A stretch of DNA of 39,252 bases from a virus. Taxonomy: Duplodnaviria; Caudoviricetes. The notes under the pieces were generated by a model. The model was not told the DNA's origin. It saw nothing but the letters and a program-made list of their open reading frames with translations, and did not search any database. Where the stretch lies: positions 1-39,252 of IMG/VR virus record IMGVR_UViG_3300047669_002405. The stretch is one strand, 5' to 3'. Both the position numbers and the translations under genes were made by a program. Each line of letters starts with the position of its first letter. The stretch's first letter is position 1. Positions 17,279 to 26,289 of this stretch are shown one piece after another.

Positions 17279-18363
17279 TTTGAGCCCTTAAGTATGTTCT
17301 TAAACTTTTCGTATAAGTATTTGGAGACCTCTTTATTCTCTTCGAAGTACTGATAGAACCTATCCACTCCGTGGTGCTGCTTGGGCATTTCTTTCTTCGT
17401 CTCTTTCTTCACCTCGTTTATTAGGTCGTCAGACACGGTAATCCATGCTCCCTTGGCGACAGCAAGAGTCCAAGACAAAAGCATATCCACTATCTCGTAC
17501 TCTACCCATATACTCTTGCCGTCTTCCCTTCCGTACCTAATTGGGTACTTAACCTCTACTCCTGTTTTTTCATTTGGACTTTTCCTGAACACAACCTTGC
17601 AGTGGTGACCTAGTTTTTCTTTCTTGTCGGTAGACATGATTGAGTCTTTCGTCCATCTGGGTTGAAATTCCAGAATCCAATCGCTGTAGTGAAGAATTGC
17701 GTTGCCTCCTGATGCGTTTGTCACCTTGGGGTCTCCCTTTTCGTACGGATTAATTCTTACCGAACTTCTAACTTGGGAGATCATATAGCAAATATGTCCT
17801 CTAGTTGCTAGCCCTAGAGCCATTTTTCTAAGGAAGTCGGAACTAAGGAGCGACCCCCCAGCCACCTTAAGCGCGTCGTCAGAACTCTTGTTTAAGTCTC
17901 CCTTCGGAACTAAGGCGTCCATTGAGTCTACAATAAACATGTATTTTTTCTCGTCTGGGTTGTTTTTTACGAGCTCTCTCATGAGGTCGATTGCGGTTTC
18001 GTACACATTACTTTTAAATATAAACCACTTGTCGTCCGTAGTCTGCACTCCTGATCTCTTGACCATGTCTTCGGAAAGCCTTCCTTCTGACTTTATGTAT
18101 ATCACCATAGCGTTGGGCATCTCTTGGAAGTTTCTAGCGAAAGCTAGACCGCAAGACGTCTTTCCTCCCTCAGTGACTCCAGTCGCCCTGACAACTCCCG
18201 GCTTTATGCCACCTCCCATCTCTACGTCTAGCAGAAGGCTTCCACTAGACACTGTGTAGTCGTGCTCTTGCTCGAAGTTATAATGGTAATCTTTATTCTG
18301 CTTTAAGTAGTTCTGTACTTGATTCAGGGTGGAGCTAGAGTCGTTTTTTTCGTTTTTTTTCAT
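17275..18363 (-). CDS. recA: RecA/UvsX-like recombinase
   Basis: SSGSLLLD..MGGG, Walker A GVTEGGKTS, FIVDS, ISQVR, SGGNAILHY. Confidence 0.9.
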   Translation of the reverse strand: MKKNEKNDSSSTLNQVQNYLKQNKDYHYNFEQEHDYTVSSGSLLLDVEMGGGIKPGVVRATGVTEGGKTSCGLAFARNFQEMPNAMVIYIKSEGRLSEDMVKRSGVQTTDDKWFIFKSNVYETAIDLMRELVKNNPDEKKYMFIVDSMDALVPKGDLNKSSDDALKVAGGSLLSSDFLRKMALGLATRGHICYMISQVRSSVRINPYEKGDPKVTNASGGNAILHYSDWILEFQPRWTKDSIMSTDKKEKLGHHCKVVFRKSPNEKTGVEVKYPIRYGREDGKSIWVEYEIVDMLLSWTLAVAKGAWITVSDDLINEVKKETKKEMPKQHHGVDRFYQYFEENKEVSKYLYEKFKNILKGSK

Positions 18364-18794
18364 AGAAAGTCGAATTTATCCTTTGATTTATAGGCGTTTC
18401 CCAGTTCACTGGAAATTGATTTGGGGTAATCAAGTATATCAGTTTTGTTGGGTTTTTCAAGGGTATTAAACGATTTAAAAGAGGCGTATTTTTCTTTTAG
18501 GACTTCACTCCATTTTGATTCTTTTTTAATTATGAACTTAAGGCTCGGAAAGTAGTCTCCCATATCTACGCTGCGCCAGAAATCGAATTCTGGATACTTT
18601 TTAAGCAATTTTTTAGCTATCCCTAGCTCTATAATTATTTGGTCAGCAGGGAGCTTAAAGAGGGCGTAGGGGTCTTGTATTAGTAGCCACACCAAGAACT
18701 GAGCTTCTGTGTTTATGGCGGGTGGATTTTTGAATCTTTTAAGTATTTGTAAAGACGGCTTAATTTTTCCTTTGCATTTCCTCATTGATATCAT
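18360..18794 (-). CDS. Hypothetical protein
   Basis: 144-aa ORF filling the gap between gmd and recA, with ATGA coupling to recA; start uncertain. Confidence 0.6.
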   Translation of the reverse strand: MISMRKCKGKIKPSLQILKRFKNPPAINTEAQFLVWLLIQDPYALFKLPADQIIIELGIAKKLLKKYPEFDFWRSVDMGDYFPSLKFIIKKESKWSEVLKEKYASFKSFNTLEKPNKTDILDYPKSISSELGNAYKSKDKFDFL

Positions 18795-19875
18795 GTTTTA
18801 CCATCTTTTCTACAAGGTTGTCAAAGCTATTTTTCGGCTTCCATCCTAACTCTTTCCGTATTGGGCCGGAATCCCCCAATAATAAGTTAACTTCCGCCGG
18901 TCTATAGAATTTTTCGTTGATAGCCACGTACGCTTCCTTTGTATTCTTATCTATGTACTTAGTCTGTTGCGGTATCTTAATGTAGTGACCGTCAACTAAC
19001 TCTTCAACGTGGGACCATTCGCCGTTTATGCCAGCTTTAGAAAAAGCCTTAACCACAAACTGTTCTATGGAATAAGTTTCGTTGCTAGATAGAACGTAGT
19101 CTTTAGGTGATTCTTGGTTGAGCATCATCCACACTCCCTCTACGAAGTCTTCGCTATCACTCCAATCCCTCCTAGGGGAAAGGTTACCTAGCTCAATGGG
19201 GTCAAACTTTTCCTTATTCTTTAATGCTTTATAAATTCTAGCGACGCCTTTCGTTATCTTCCTAGTGACGAACTCCTCTCCTCTTTTAGTTCCTTCGTGG
19301 TTAAAGAGTATCCCATGAACGGCGTATAGTCCGTAAGATTCCCTGTAGACCTTAACTAGGTGTCTAGCTGCTGCCTTGGCTGCTCCGTATGGGCTGCGGG
19401 GCTTTACGGGGTGTTTTATGTCTTGGGGGACATAGTCTACGTCCCCAAACTCTTCGCTGCTTCCTGCGCTGTAGAATTTACACTTTGGGGCGTGCTCTTT
19501 GATGGCCTCCAAACATCTCAGAACTCCCATCGCGTTTGTATCGAAGACTTGCTCGGGCATTTTCCAACTTACGCCTACGAAGGAATTAGCAGCGAAATTT
19601 ATGAAAAAATCTGGCTCGATTTGTTTAACTAGCCCAGTAATGCTAACTGAATCAGTAAGGTCTCCTTCTACGAATTCAAAATTGGGATCGCGCTTGAAAA
19701 GCTCGCAATTCTTGAGGTTGGGATTCGCGGTCCTTCTGACCATTCCGAAGATGGAGTAGGGCTCTTTTGGGGCCTCGTCGTGATACCCTATCCCTGCGTT
19801 AAGTCGGGTTAGGAACTCGCACATATTTGCGCCGTCTTGGCCCGTAACTCCTGTAATCAACACCTTTTTTCCCAT
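18760..19875 (-). CDS. gmd: GDP-mannose 4,6-dehydratase
   Basis: ITGVTGQDG, NSFVGVSW, SSEEFG, PRSPYGAAK, GILFNHE, FVTRKIT, RDW, YRPAEV. Confidence 0.95.
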   Translation of the reverse strand: MGKKVLITGVTGQDGANMCEFLTRLNAGIGYHDEAPKEPYSIFGMVRRTANPNLKNCELFKRDPNFEFVEGDLTDSVSITGLVKQIEPDFFINFAANSFVGVSWKMPEQVFDTNAMGVLRCLEAIKEHAPKCKFYSAGSSEEFGDVDYVPQDIKHPVKPRSPYGAAKAAARHLVKVYRESYGLYAVHGILFNHEGTKRGEEFVTRKITKGVARIYKALKNKEKFDPIELGNLSPRRDWSDSEDFVEGVWMMLNQESPKDYVLSSNETYSIEQFVVKAFSKAGINGEWSHVEELVDGHYIKIPQQTKYIDKNTKEAYVAINEKFYRPAEVNLLLGDSGPIRKELGWKPKNSFDNLVEKMVKHDINEEMQRKN

Positions 19876-19896
19876 ACCGCAATGGGAAATGTACTC

Positions 19897-20181
19897 TTAT
19901 TTCTTCAGTTCGTCAATTTTTTCCTCCAGCCTATCGAACCTGTGATGCACTGTTTTCACTAGTTGGTTGAAGTCGTTTTTACTCACGTATTTTTCAGGGA
20001 CGCTCAAGGCGAGGTCGGTGATTTTTTCGTTTAACTTGCGGTAATCATCAGATTGTCTACGAGAATTCATAGAGCAGTCGTCTTTAATCTTACTTAAGTA
20101 AGAGAAAAGTATCTTTAGAGCCCACCCCGCTCCGAAAGATATAATAGAAAAGGCGATATTGATTAAGCTTTGATTTTCCAT
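19897..20181 (-). CDS. Small membrane protein with coiled coil (holin/XhlA-like)
   Basis: N-terminal TM helix, then YVSKNDF...RFDRLEEKIDEL, a common phage pattern. Confidence 0.55.
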   Translation of the reverse strand: MENQSLINIAFSIISFGAGWALKILFSYLSKIKDDCSMNSRRQSDDYRKLNEKITDLALSVPEKYVSKNDFNQLVKTVHHRFDRLEEKIDELKK

Positions 20182-20284
20182 GTCTGTGTAGATATATACA
20201 CCTACTAAGCTTGTTCTGGGATTAAAAATACGAAAGCACTTGTAGATTAAACATATGTTAAATATAACTTTACTGGAATAAATA

Positions 20285-20298
20285 GTGTAGTTATATGT
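20285..20298 (+). promoter_or_regulatory. GTGTA-N9-ATG upstream motif
   Basis: GTGTAGTTATATGT-ATG; the same geometry recurs before at least 7 genes. Confidence 0.6.
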
Positions 20299-20571
20299 AT
20301 GAGAAAGAACAAGAAACTAGTGGAATTTACCAGCCACTCCGAGAAGTGGTGGGGAAAGGAGGACGTTGAGTGGGCTGTAAAGGATAAGGACGGCGGTTGG
20401 TGGCTAATCGCAGGATCAGAGTTTCCTGAAAAAAAAACACCAAGCCCTTCTGGTCGCACCCCTAAGAGAGGTCGAAATAACAGTTTGGTAATGGTCCTGA
20501 GCGCTTTGCTGGGGGCTAGCATGGGGCTTAATACCGCTTTCGTTTATTTTTTATTTAAAATAATACTCTAG
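20299..20571 (+). CDS. Hypothetical protein with C-terminal TM helix
   Basis: ORF preceded by the GTGTA motif; hydrophobic C-terminus. Confidence 0.65.
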   Translation: MRKNKKLVEFTSHSEKWWGKEDVEWAVKDKDGGWWLIAGSEFPEKKTPSPSGRTPKRGRNNSLVMVLSALLGASMGLNTAFVYFLFKIIL

Positions 20572-20595
20572 AGCTCCGTCGTTTTTAGGGAATTT

Positions 20596-20802
20596 ATGCA
20601 CTCTAAGATATGTCCTTATTGTTGGGAAGAAGGCTCCAGAGAGAACCCCCTGAGAAAGAAGAGGGTGGACTATCTGTCGTGTAGCGGAATCTCTTCTCTG
20701 GAGAAAATATTCAAGAGAGCAAGGTCGTGTGACTGCGGTGATAACGGGGATTGCGTTACGGTGTGGGCTTGCGACAGGTGTGGTGAACACTTTAGGGATT
20801 AG
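20596..20802 (+). CDS. Small Cys-rich (Zn-finger-like) protein
   Basis: CPYC...CDC...C...CDRC. Confidence 0.55.
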   Translation: MHSKICPYCWEEGSRENPLRKKRVDYLSCSGISSLEKIFKRARSCDCGDNGDCVTVWACDRCGEHFRD

Positions 20803-21809
20803 AAGTCGTCTTCTAGTACTCCAGAACTCTGGTAATCCTTGACTTGTCTTTCGAAGAAGTTAGTCATTGCGCCTGTATCGACAACCTCAGAAAGCCAAGG
20901 AAATGGGTTGTTGTCGCTATCAAAGCGAAAATCTACTCCTATCCCTTCGAGTCTTCGATTACCTATGTATTTCATGTAGTCAACGAACATGTCCGCGTTT
21001 AATCCGAGTATTCCTCTGGGTAGGACGTCGTGGGCGTAAGAGATTTCAAGTTCGACAGCCTTCTTGACGTGTTCTACGGTTTCTTCCTCGAATTTTTTCG
21101 TCCATAAGTTCGGGTACTGTTCTTTTATGGTGTTTATCAAGTATGTTCCAAACTTAATGTGTAGACTTTCGTCGCGTAGCGTATATCTAATTTGGTCAGA
21201 CAGTCCCGGAAGTTTATTTTGCCTACCCAAGGCGAGTAGCATTGCAAAACCGCTAAAGAAGAATGTACCCTCGCAGATTATGTAGTAAGTTATAAGGCTT
21301 CTTAGGAATTCTTTTTTACCCTCTACGGTTTTGGTGGAGAAATCTTGTCGGTTTATGTTCGTGCTAATTTCCATCAAAAAATCATCTTTAGCTTTGATGG
21401 TGGGAATGTTCGAGTACGCTTCGTAAACCTCGGACACCTTGAGGGAGTAAGACTCACAGCACGTAACAACAGTCCAGTTATGAAGGGACTCCTCGTAAGC
21501 TTGGCGCATTATGTATTGACCGCATTCAGCGTCAGTTATCCATTTTGCCACATTAAGCAGCAAGTTGTTACCAACTAGAGACTCGCTTCCGGCAAAAAAG
21601 CCAAGACACCTTTTGACTAGCAGCTTCTCATCATCCGTTAGCGCTCCCCCTTTCCATTGGTTTATGTCGTCTCCCATGTTGATTTCGGAGGGAGACCAGT
21701 TGTTAGCTACTCCTTTTAGAAATAGGCTCCATGCGTACTCGTGCTTATGGGGTAAGATTTGGTTAACTCCCGTCGTATTTTCTTCTAATAGTAGTCCTGT
21801 TTTACTCAT
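20799..21809 (-). CDS. nrdB: Ribonucleotide reductase beta subunit, class Ic (R2c)-type
   Basis: GFFAGSE, EESLHNWTV, EGTFFFSGF, YTLRDESLH, NFFERQVKDYQ; start taken at MSKTG (21809). Confidence 0.92.
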   Translation of the reverse strand: MSKTGLLLEENTTGVNQILPHKHEYAWSLFLKGVANNWSPSEINMGDDINQWKGGALTDDEKLLVKRCLGFFAGSESLVGNNLLLNVAKWITDAECGQYIMRQAYEESLHNWTVVTCCESYSLKVSEVYEAYSNIPTIKAKDDFLMEISTNINRQDFSTKTVEGKKEFLRSLITYYIICEGTFFFSGFAMLLALGRQNKLPGLSDQIRYTLRDESLHIKFGTYLINTIKEQYPNLWTKKFEEETVEHVKKAVELEISYAHDVLPRGILGLNADMFVDYMKYIGNRRLEGIGVDFRFDSDNNPFPWLSEVVDTGAMTNFFERQVKDYQSSGVLEDDF

Positions 21810-21832
21810 TTTCAATGTCTTTGCTAGTTGTT

Positions 21833-24271
21833 TTATTGACAGCTTTCGCATGTGGGGTCTATAACGGAACATGCCTTGGGGGTGGCTTCGGAATCATCGG
21901 GAGTTGCTGGGCTTGCGGACTTTTCTATTGTGCTGGCACTCTTGTTTCTTAGGTAGTAAGTACTTTTTAGACCTCTGTTCCTAGCGTGTATGTATAAGTC
22001 GTTCAAATATTTTAACGAAGTCTCCTTGTTGAAGAGGTTTAGGGATTGCCCCATGTCAATCCATTTTTGCCTAGCAGCAGCAGCGTCAATTAACTTAAAT
22101 TGGTCTTGGTCGAAGGCCGTCTTAAACAATAACTGCATGTCGGGCGGTAGGTTCAAGGAGGAGACGTCTCCGTCCACCGCCTTTAGGGCTTCTATCAATT
22201 CAGGCTTCCACAAGCCTTTCTCTTTGCATCGCTTAACGAACCATTCGTTTACAACGCTAAGGTTTCCGCTTTTATTTTCGTAAACAAAATACATAGAGAA
22301 ATCTGGTTCGATGCATGGGGAGCAGCCTTGGATATAGGAGATAGTCGCCGTGGGGGCGATAGCCATTGTATTGCTGTTCCTCATTCCGTGTTCGGATATG
22401 TGATGGCGGACTTTTTTCCAGTCTACCTCTGGGCAGAACTTTTTCCCCCTGTGAATTATTGGCTTTTGGTCTAAGTAAGCCATTAGGCTTTTGTACGTGT
22501 CTATGGGTAGGGTATCTTGCTTCCATAGGGAACCTTCGTACGTTTTGTAAGAGCCTCTTTCTTCGGCAAGTTTACTTGAGTTAAGGATGCAGTGGTAAGA
22601 TATGAATTCATAAAGTTCGTCCGAAAACTTAACTGCGTCTTCGGAAGAGAAGTCGACGCCGTAACAGTAAAATACGTCAGCCCACCCCATGCTCCCAGCG
22701 CCCACTGGGCGATGTTTTAAGTTCGATTTAGACGCTTCTTTGGTCGGGTAGTAGTTGATATCGATAACGTTATCAAGCATACGCATCTGAGTCGCTATGG
22801 TTTTCTCCAGTAGGTTGAAATCGAGCTTGCCTTTCTCGTCTAGGTGCTGCTTAAGGTTCAAGGAGCTTAGGTTACAGACCGCTGTCTCTCCTACTTCTGA
22901 CTTTTCCCCGTCTTCGAACAGGGACGGTTTAGTGTGGAGGAAAATTTCCGTGCAGAGATTAGAGCTGTGAACTACCCCTTCGTGAGAATTAGAATATCGC
23001 ATATTCGCGTTATCTTTAAAAGTTATCCAAGGGTGACCTGTTTCAAATAAGGTGCGAAGCATTTTTTTCCATAAATCCTTAGCTCTGACAATCTTGTGGT
23101 TGGTTAATTGCCCTTCGTCCGCAAGCTTGCAGTGCTTTTCATAAGCTTCGTCGAATAGTTTGCCGTGGAGTTCGTGTAAGTCTCTAGTATCGGAAGGAGA
23201 AAACAAGTACCAGCTTCCATCTTCTTGAATCCTGCGTATGAAAAGGTCAGGTATCCAGTTGGCGGTATTCATATCATGACACCTTCTTCGTTCATCGCCA
23301 GTGTTCTTTTTGAGTTCGAGGAAGTCCTCTATATCTAAGTGCCAAGGTTCTATGTAGGCGCATCCCGCTCCCGGACGTTTCCCTCCTTGGTCTACGGCGA
23401 TGAGAGTGTCGTTGTAAATTTTTAGCCAAGGAATTAGTCCTGAAGATTTGCCGTTAGTTCCTTTCACATAAGAGTTGGCTGCTCGAAAGTTGGTAACATC
23501 GAATCCTAATCCTCCCGCGAATTTAGATTTTCGAGCTTCTTGCCACAGACCCTCAAAAATTCCATCAATTGAATCGTCAAAAGTATTAAGATAACAACTG
23601 GAAAGCTGACTATGAGTACTACCGCTATTAAAAAGGGTAGGAGTAGAGCAACACAGGCGAAACTCAGAAAGCGCGTTATAAAATTCAATAGCCTTTTCAT
23701 TTTTATCCTTTTCGTCGATGGAGAGCCCCATCGCAACTCTCATCCAGAAAGCTTGAGGAGTTTCCGTTATGTGGTCGTCAATCCTGTGGAGGTATCTGTC
23801 TTTCACTATTTGAAGCCCAAGGTACTTGAACCTTAGGTCTCTGGAAGGGTTAATTTTCTCTGAGAGTTTAGTGAGGTCGAATTCAAGAAGTCGTTTATCT
23901 AGGATTTCATGGTCTACCAGTCTTTTGATGTTCTTAGTGAAGGATAACCTATACTGGTGGTCAAACCCGTCTCTGTCTCGGCTTTCTTTAAAGACTTCTT
24001 TATGTAGTGTCGCTAGGAGTAGTCGAGACGCTGCGTATGAGTAATTCGGTTCCTTCTCTATCTTTTCGCGAGCCGACATTATTAAGGCTTTGTCGATTTC
24101 CTTAGTGGTGATTTTGTCAAAAAGCTGGACGTGTGCGTCTAGTATTATTTCGCTCGCCGATACGTTTTCTATGCCTCCCACCGCCCTTTCCACGCAGAGG
24201 TTAATTTTGTTTATGTCCAGCTTCTCGAGCCTTCCGTTTCTCTTTTTTACGTTAAAGTTTTGCAGATTCAT
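21833..24271 (-). CDS. nrdA: Class I ribonucleotide reductase alpha subunit with ATP cone
   Basis: VKKRNG ATP cone, TPTLFNSG, QLSSC, SNLCTEI, AIAPTATIS, KSTYYLR, C-terminal CESCQ. Confidence 0.97.
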   Translation of the reverse strand: MNLQNFNVKKRNGRLEKLDINKINLCVERAVGGIENVSASEIILDAHVQLFDKITTKEIDKALIMSAREKIEKEPNYSYAASRLLLATLHKEVFKESRDRDGFDHQYRLSFTKNIKRLVDHEILDKRLLEFDLTKLSEKINPSRDLRFKYLGLQIVKDRYLHRIDDHITETPQAFWMRVAMGLSIDEKDKNEKAIEFYNALSEFRLCCSTPTLFNSGSTHSQLSSCYLNTFDDSIDGIFEGLWQEARKSKFAGGLGFDVTNFRAANSYVKGTNGKSSGLIPWLKIYNDTLIAVDQGGKRPGAGCAYIEPWHLDIEDFLELKKNTGDERRRCHDMNTANWIPDLFIRRIQEDGSWYLFSPSDTRDLHELHGKLFDEAYEKHCKLADEGQLTNHKIVRAKDLWKKMLRTLFETGHPWITFKDNANMRYSNSHEGVVHSSNLCTEIFLHTKPSLFEDGEKSEVGETAVCNLSSLNLKQHLDEKGKLDFNLLEKTIATQMRMLDNVIDINYYPTKEASKSNLKHRPVGAGSMGWADVFYCYGVDFSSEDAVKFSDELYEFISYHCILNSSKLAEERGSYKTYEGSLWKQDTLPIDTYKSLMAYLDQKPIIHRGKKFCPEVDWKKVRHHISEHGMRNSNTMAIAPTATISYIQGCSPCIEPDFSMYFVYENKSGNLSVVNEWFVKRCKEKGLWKPELIEALKAVDGDVSSLNLPPDMQLLFKTAFDQDQFKLIDAAAARQKWIDMGQSLNLFNKETSLKYLNDLYIHARNRGLKSTYYLRNKSASTIEKSASPATPDDSEATPKACSVIDPTCESCQ

Positions 24272-24354
24272 ATCGTTGAGGTGCGTAGTTAATTACTCTA
24301 CGTTTTTTCTGAGAATTTGGGAATCAGAAAATTGAAAAACTTGATCTTTTTTTC

Positions 24355-24442
24355 CGTCTTAGGCGAAGCGATAAAACGGCTATCGAGAAAGGTTCTGCCG
24401 TTTTCGTTAGAGCCAAGGTCTGCCCTACGACGCCGTGTGGCC
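24355..24442. other. Structured intergenic element upstream of nrdA
   Basis: CGTC-T-TAGG(24355-63)/CCTA-C-GACG(24424-32); AAAACGGC(24373-80)/GCCGTTTT(24397-404); possible pseudoknot GCCA(24412-15)/TGGC(24438-41). Confidence 0.4.
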
Positions 24443-24445
24443 TTA

Positions 24446-24790
24446 TCAGCAAGATGAGGGGCGTTTCATACCCTTTCTTTCTTTGCTGTAGTCCTTATCG
24501 GACTTAACTTTTACTGGGTCCACTCCTCCGTTTTCTTGAGCTCTTTTTCGGGATAGTTCCTTGGATTTATCCCACAGATCACCAATAGTGCCTCCTTTGT
24601 TTTTAGTTTTAGCTACGAAATCCTTGGAAGACCAAGGGTCTATTTTGGTATCTATTGAGGCGTTAGGGTTAACCCATACTCGGCTCCATTCCGTACCTTT
24701 TTCGTCTACGTAGGTGTGATCGTGCTTCATGGACTGAAGGACTTCTTTAGTTTCCTTGGTCTCGGGGTGCTGAAAGATATAGAGGGGCAT
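24446..24790 (-). CDS. FmdB-like small protein with Cys-less ribbon
   Basis: MPLYIFQHPETKE..EVLQSM...WSRVW resembles the MPxYxY FmdB N-terminus. Confidence 0.6.
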   Translation of the reverse strand: MPLYIFQHPETKETKEVLQSMKHDHTYVDEKGTEWSRVWVNPNASIDTKIDPWSSKDFVAKTKNKGGTIGDLWDKSKELSRKRAQENGGVDPVKVKSDKDYSKERKGMKRPSSC

Positions 24791-24791
24791 C

Positions 24792-25877
24792 TTAGGGAGC
24801 TAGATTCTCTTTAATGGTTTGTATAGTGTTGTCTATGGTGAACTTTTTCGCCATCCTTAATCCAGCTTCGTTAGTTTTAGATTCTTCTACCCTAGCTATA
24901 GCCTTCTCACAGGCGAAGATGAATTCCTCCTCCTCCCAAGTAAATATATTACCTTGGTTCCAATCTTGTCCTTTACTGAAAAACATGCCATCATAGACCT
25001 CTTCTTTTCCAGAAGACTTTACTAACACGGAATTCTCTTCGTCTGCCCAATCTTGATAAGCGTGAGCGTCAAGTATGACTGCGTGTTTTCCTATTCCGAG
25101 GGAGTGAAATTCAGGTAATCCCCACCCCTCTCCTCCAGACATCCCCAATACAATATCTCCAGAGTTCAAGAAGTCGTTATAGGTTTTGTTTTGGGGTAAA
25201 AAGTTTACAAATTGAACATTCCAAGGTGGCTCAGCCCCGACTGCCTCTCTGAAGAGAGCCTTGTTTTGATCTTCGGATATAAAGTTATTGTACAAAGCGC
25301 ATTGTAGGTTAAATCTTTTGTTGTTTCCGAATTTTTTAATCCAAGCTTGGATGGTCTTCTTGTGGTGTTTGCGCTTCTCAAACTTACCGCACAGATTGAA
25401 TACTATCCTGTCGTCTGAGTAATATTTTTTATTTAATTTAAAGAAATTAAATTTATCAAATGCTAATGGGACTTTGATTGAGTGTATATCGTGGGAGCTT
25501 AATACATTTTTCGAGAATTCAGAGGTGACGAAGATTTGGTCTACGCTTTTGCATACGTTCTTCTCTACGTTCGTAAGGTCGTCTAGCTCGTGGAAAGTGA
25601 GAAGATTGGTGGTTTTACTGGGCGACTCCATCGCCCCGTTGAGATGCCACAGTTTCAAGCATGGTTTATTTCTGCTGTGAGAGGATAAGAACTCTTTAAT
25701 TCCAGACTCCAAGGAGGCCTTGAATTTTTCGTCTACTGGTTGAGAGGAGAGGTCGACTCGCCCTCCTATCGGTAAGATAGAGGGAAATACGCTATCGCGA
25801 AAAAAACCCCTTAATAGGTGCGTGGCTACTTGGCCAAAGGACACACTATTAAGAGGCGCGTTAAAACAGAAGTTCAT
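24792..25877 (-). CDS. GT4-family glycosyltransferase
   Basis: SFGQV, GKFEKRKH, SGGEGWGLPEFHS (EX7E-like GT-B motif). Confidence 0.8.
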   Translation of the reverse strand: MNFCFNAPLNSVSFGQVATHLLRGFFRDSVFPSILPIGGRVDLSSQPVDEKFKASLESGIKEFLSSHSRNKPCLKLWHLNGAMESPSKTTNLLTFHELDDLTNVEKNVCKSVDQIFVTSEFSKNVLSSHDIHSIKVPLAFDKFNFFKLNKKYYSDDRIVFNLCGKFEKRKHHKKTIQAWIKKFGNNKRFNLQCALYNNFISEDQNKALFREAVGAEPPWNVQFVNFLPQNKTYNDFLNSGDIVLGMSGGEGWGLPEFHSLGIGKHAVILDAHAYQDWADEENSVLVKSSGKEEVYDGMFFSKGQDWNQGNIFTWEEEEFIFACEKAIARVEESKTNEAGLRMAKKFTIDNTIQTIKENLAP

Positions 25878-25885
25878 AGAGTAGT

Positions 25886-26221
25886 TTACAAAACTTCCTC
25901 GTTTTCTACGACCGCTACAGCTTCTGCTTTGGGCTCGCTGGGTTGCGAGTTAGAATCAGACGCTTCGTCAGGGTCTTTAGACAGATACATTTTGTAGTCT
26001 GGGGCCTTTTCGTTGTATCTTTCGGAGTTGGGGTCGCTTTTGTCCTTGTTGGAGAACATAACCACCTTGACTCTCTGTTCCATGCCGAATTCGTCTTGAA
26101 TCGTAATGTGTCCAGATAGATAGGTCTGTTGGCCATCTTTCGATTGGCGACGCCAGAACGCACCTTTCTCTCGTTTTGCCCATTCGCCCTTAGGCTTGGT
26201 TTCTTGTTTTGTTTCACTCAT
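25886..26221 (-). CDS. DUF736-like protein with acidic tail
   Basis: KGAFWRRQSKDG..YLSGHI...APDY; start taken at MSETK (26221). Confidence 0.6.
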   Translation of the reverse strand: MSETKQETKPKGEWAKREKGAFWRRQSKDGQQTYLSGHITIQDEFGMEQRVKVVMFSNKDKSDPNSERYNEKAPDYKMYLSKDPDEASDSNSQPSEPKAEAVAVVENEEVL

Positions 26222-26289
26222 AGTTTTATAGGGTTTCGCGCTTTTGTCGTAGTCGCGATTACGTATAGTCGATTTTTTTTGCAGTAGTG

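Noticed and set aside
24355-24450. Hammerhead or HDV/theta ribozyme
   Set aside because: CTGATAA does not match the CUGANGA core, and the HDV L3, P1.1 and J4/2 consensus is missing; kept only as an unknown structure.
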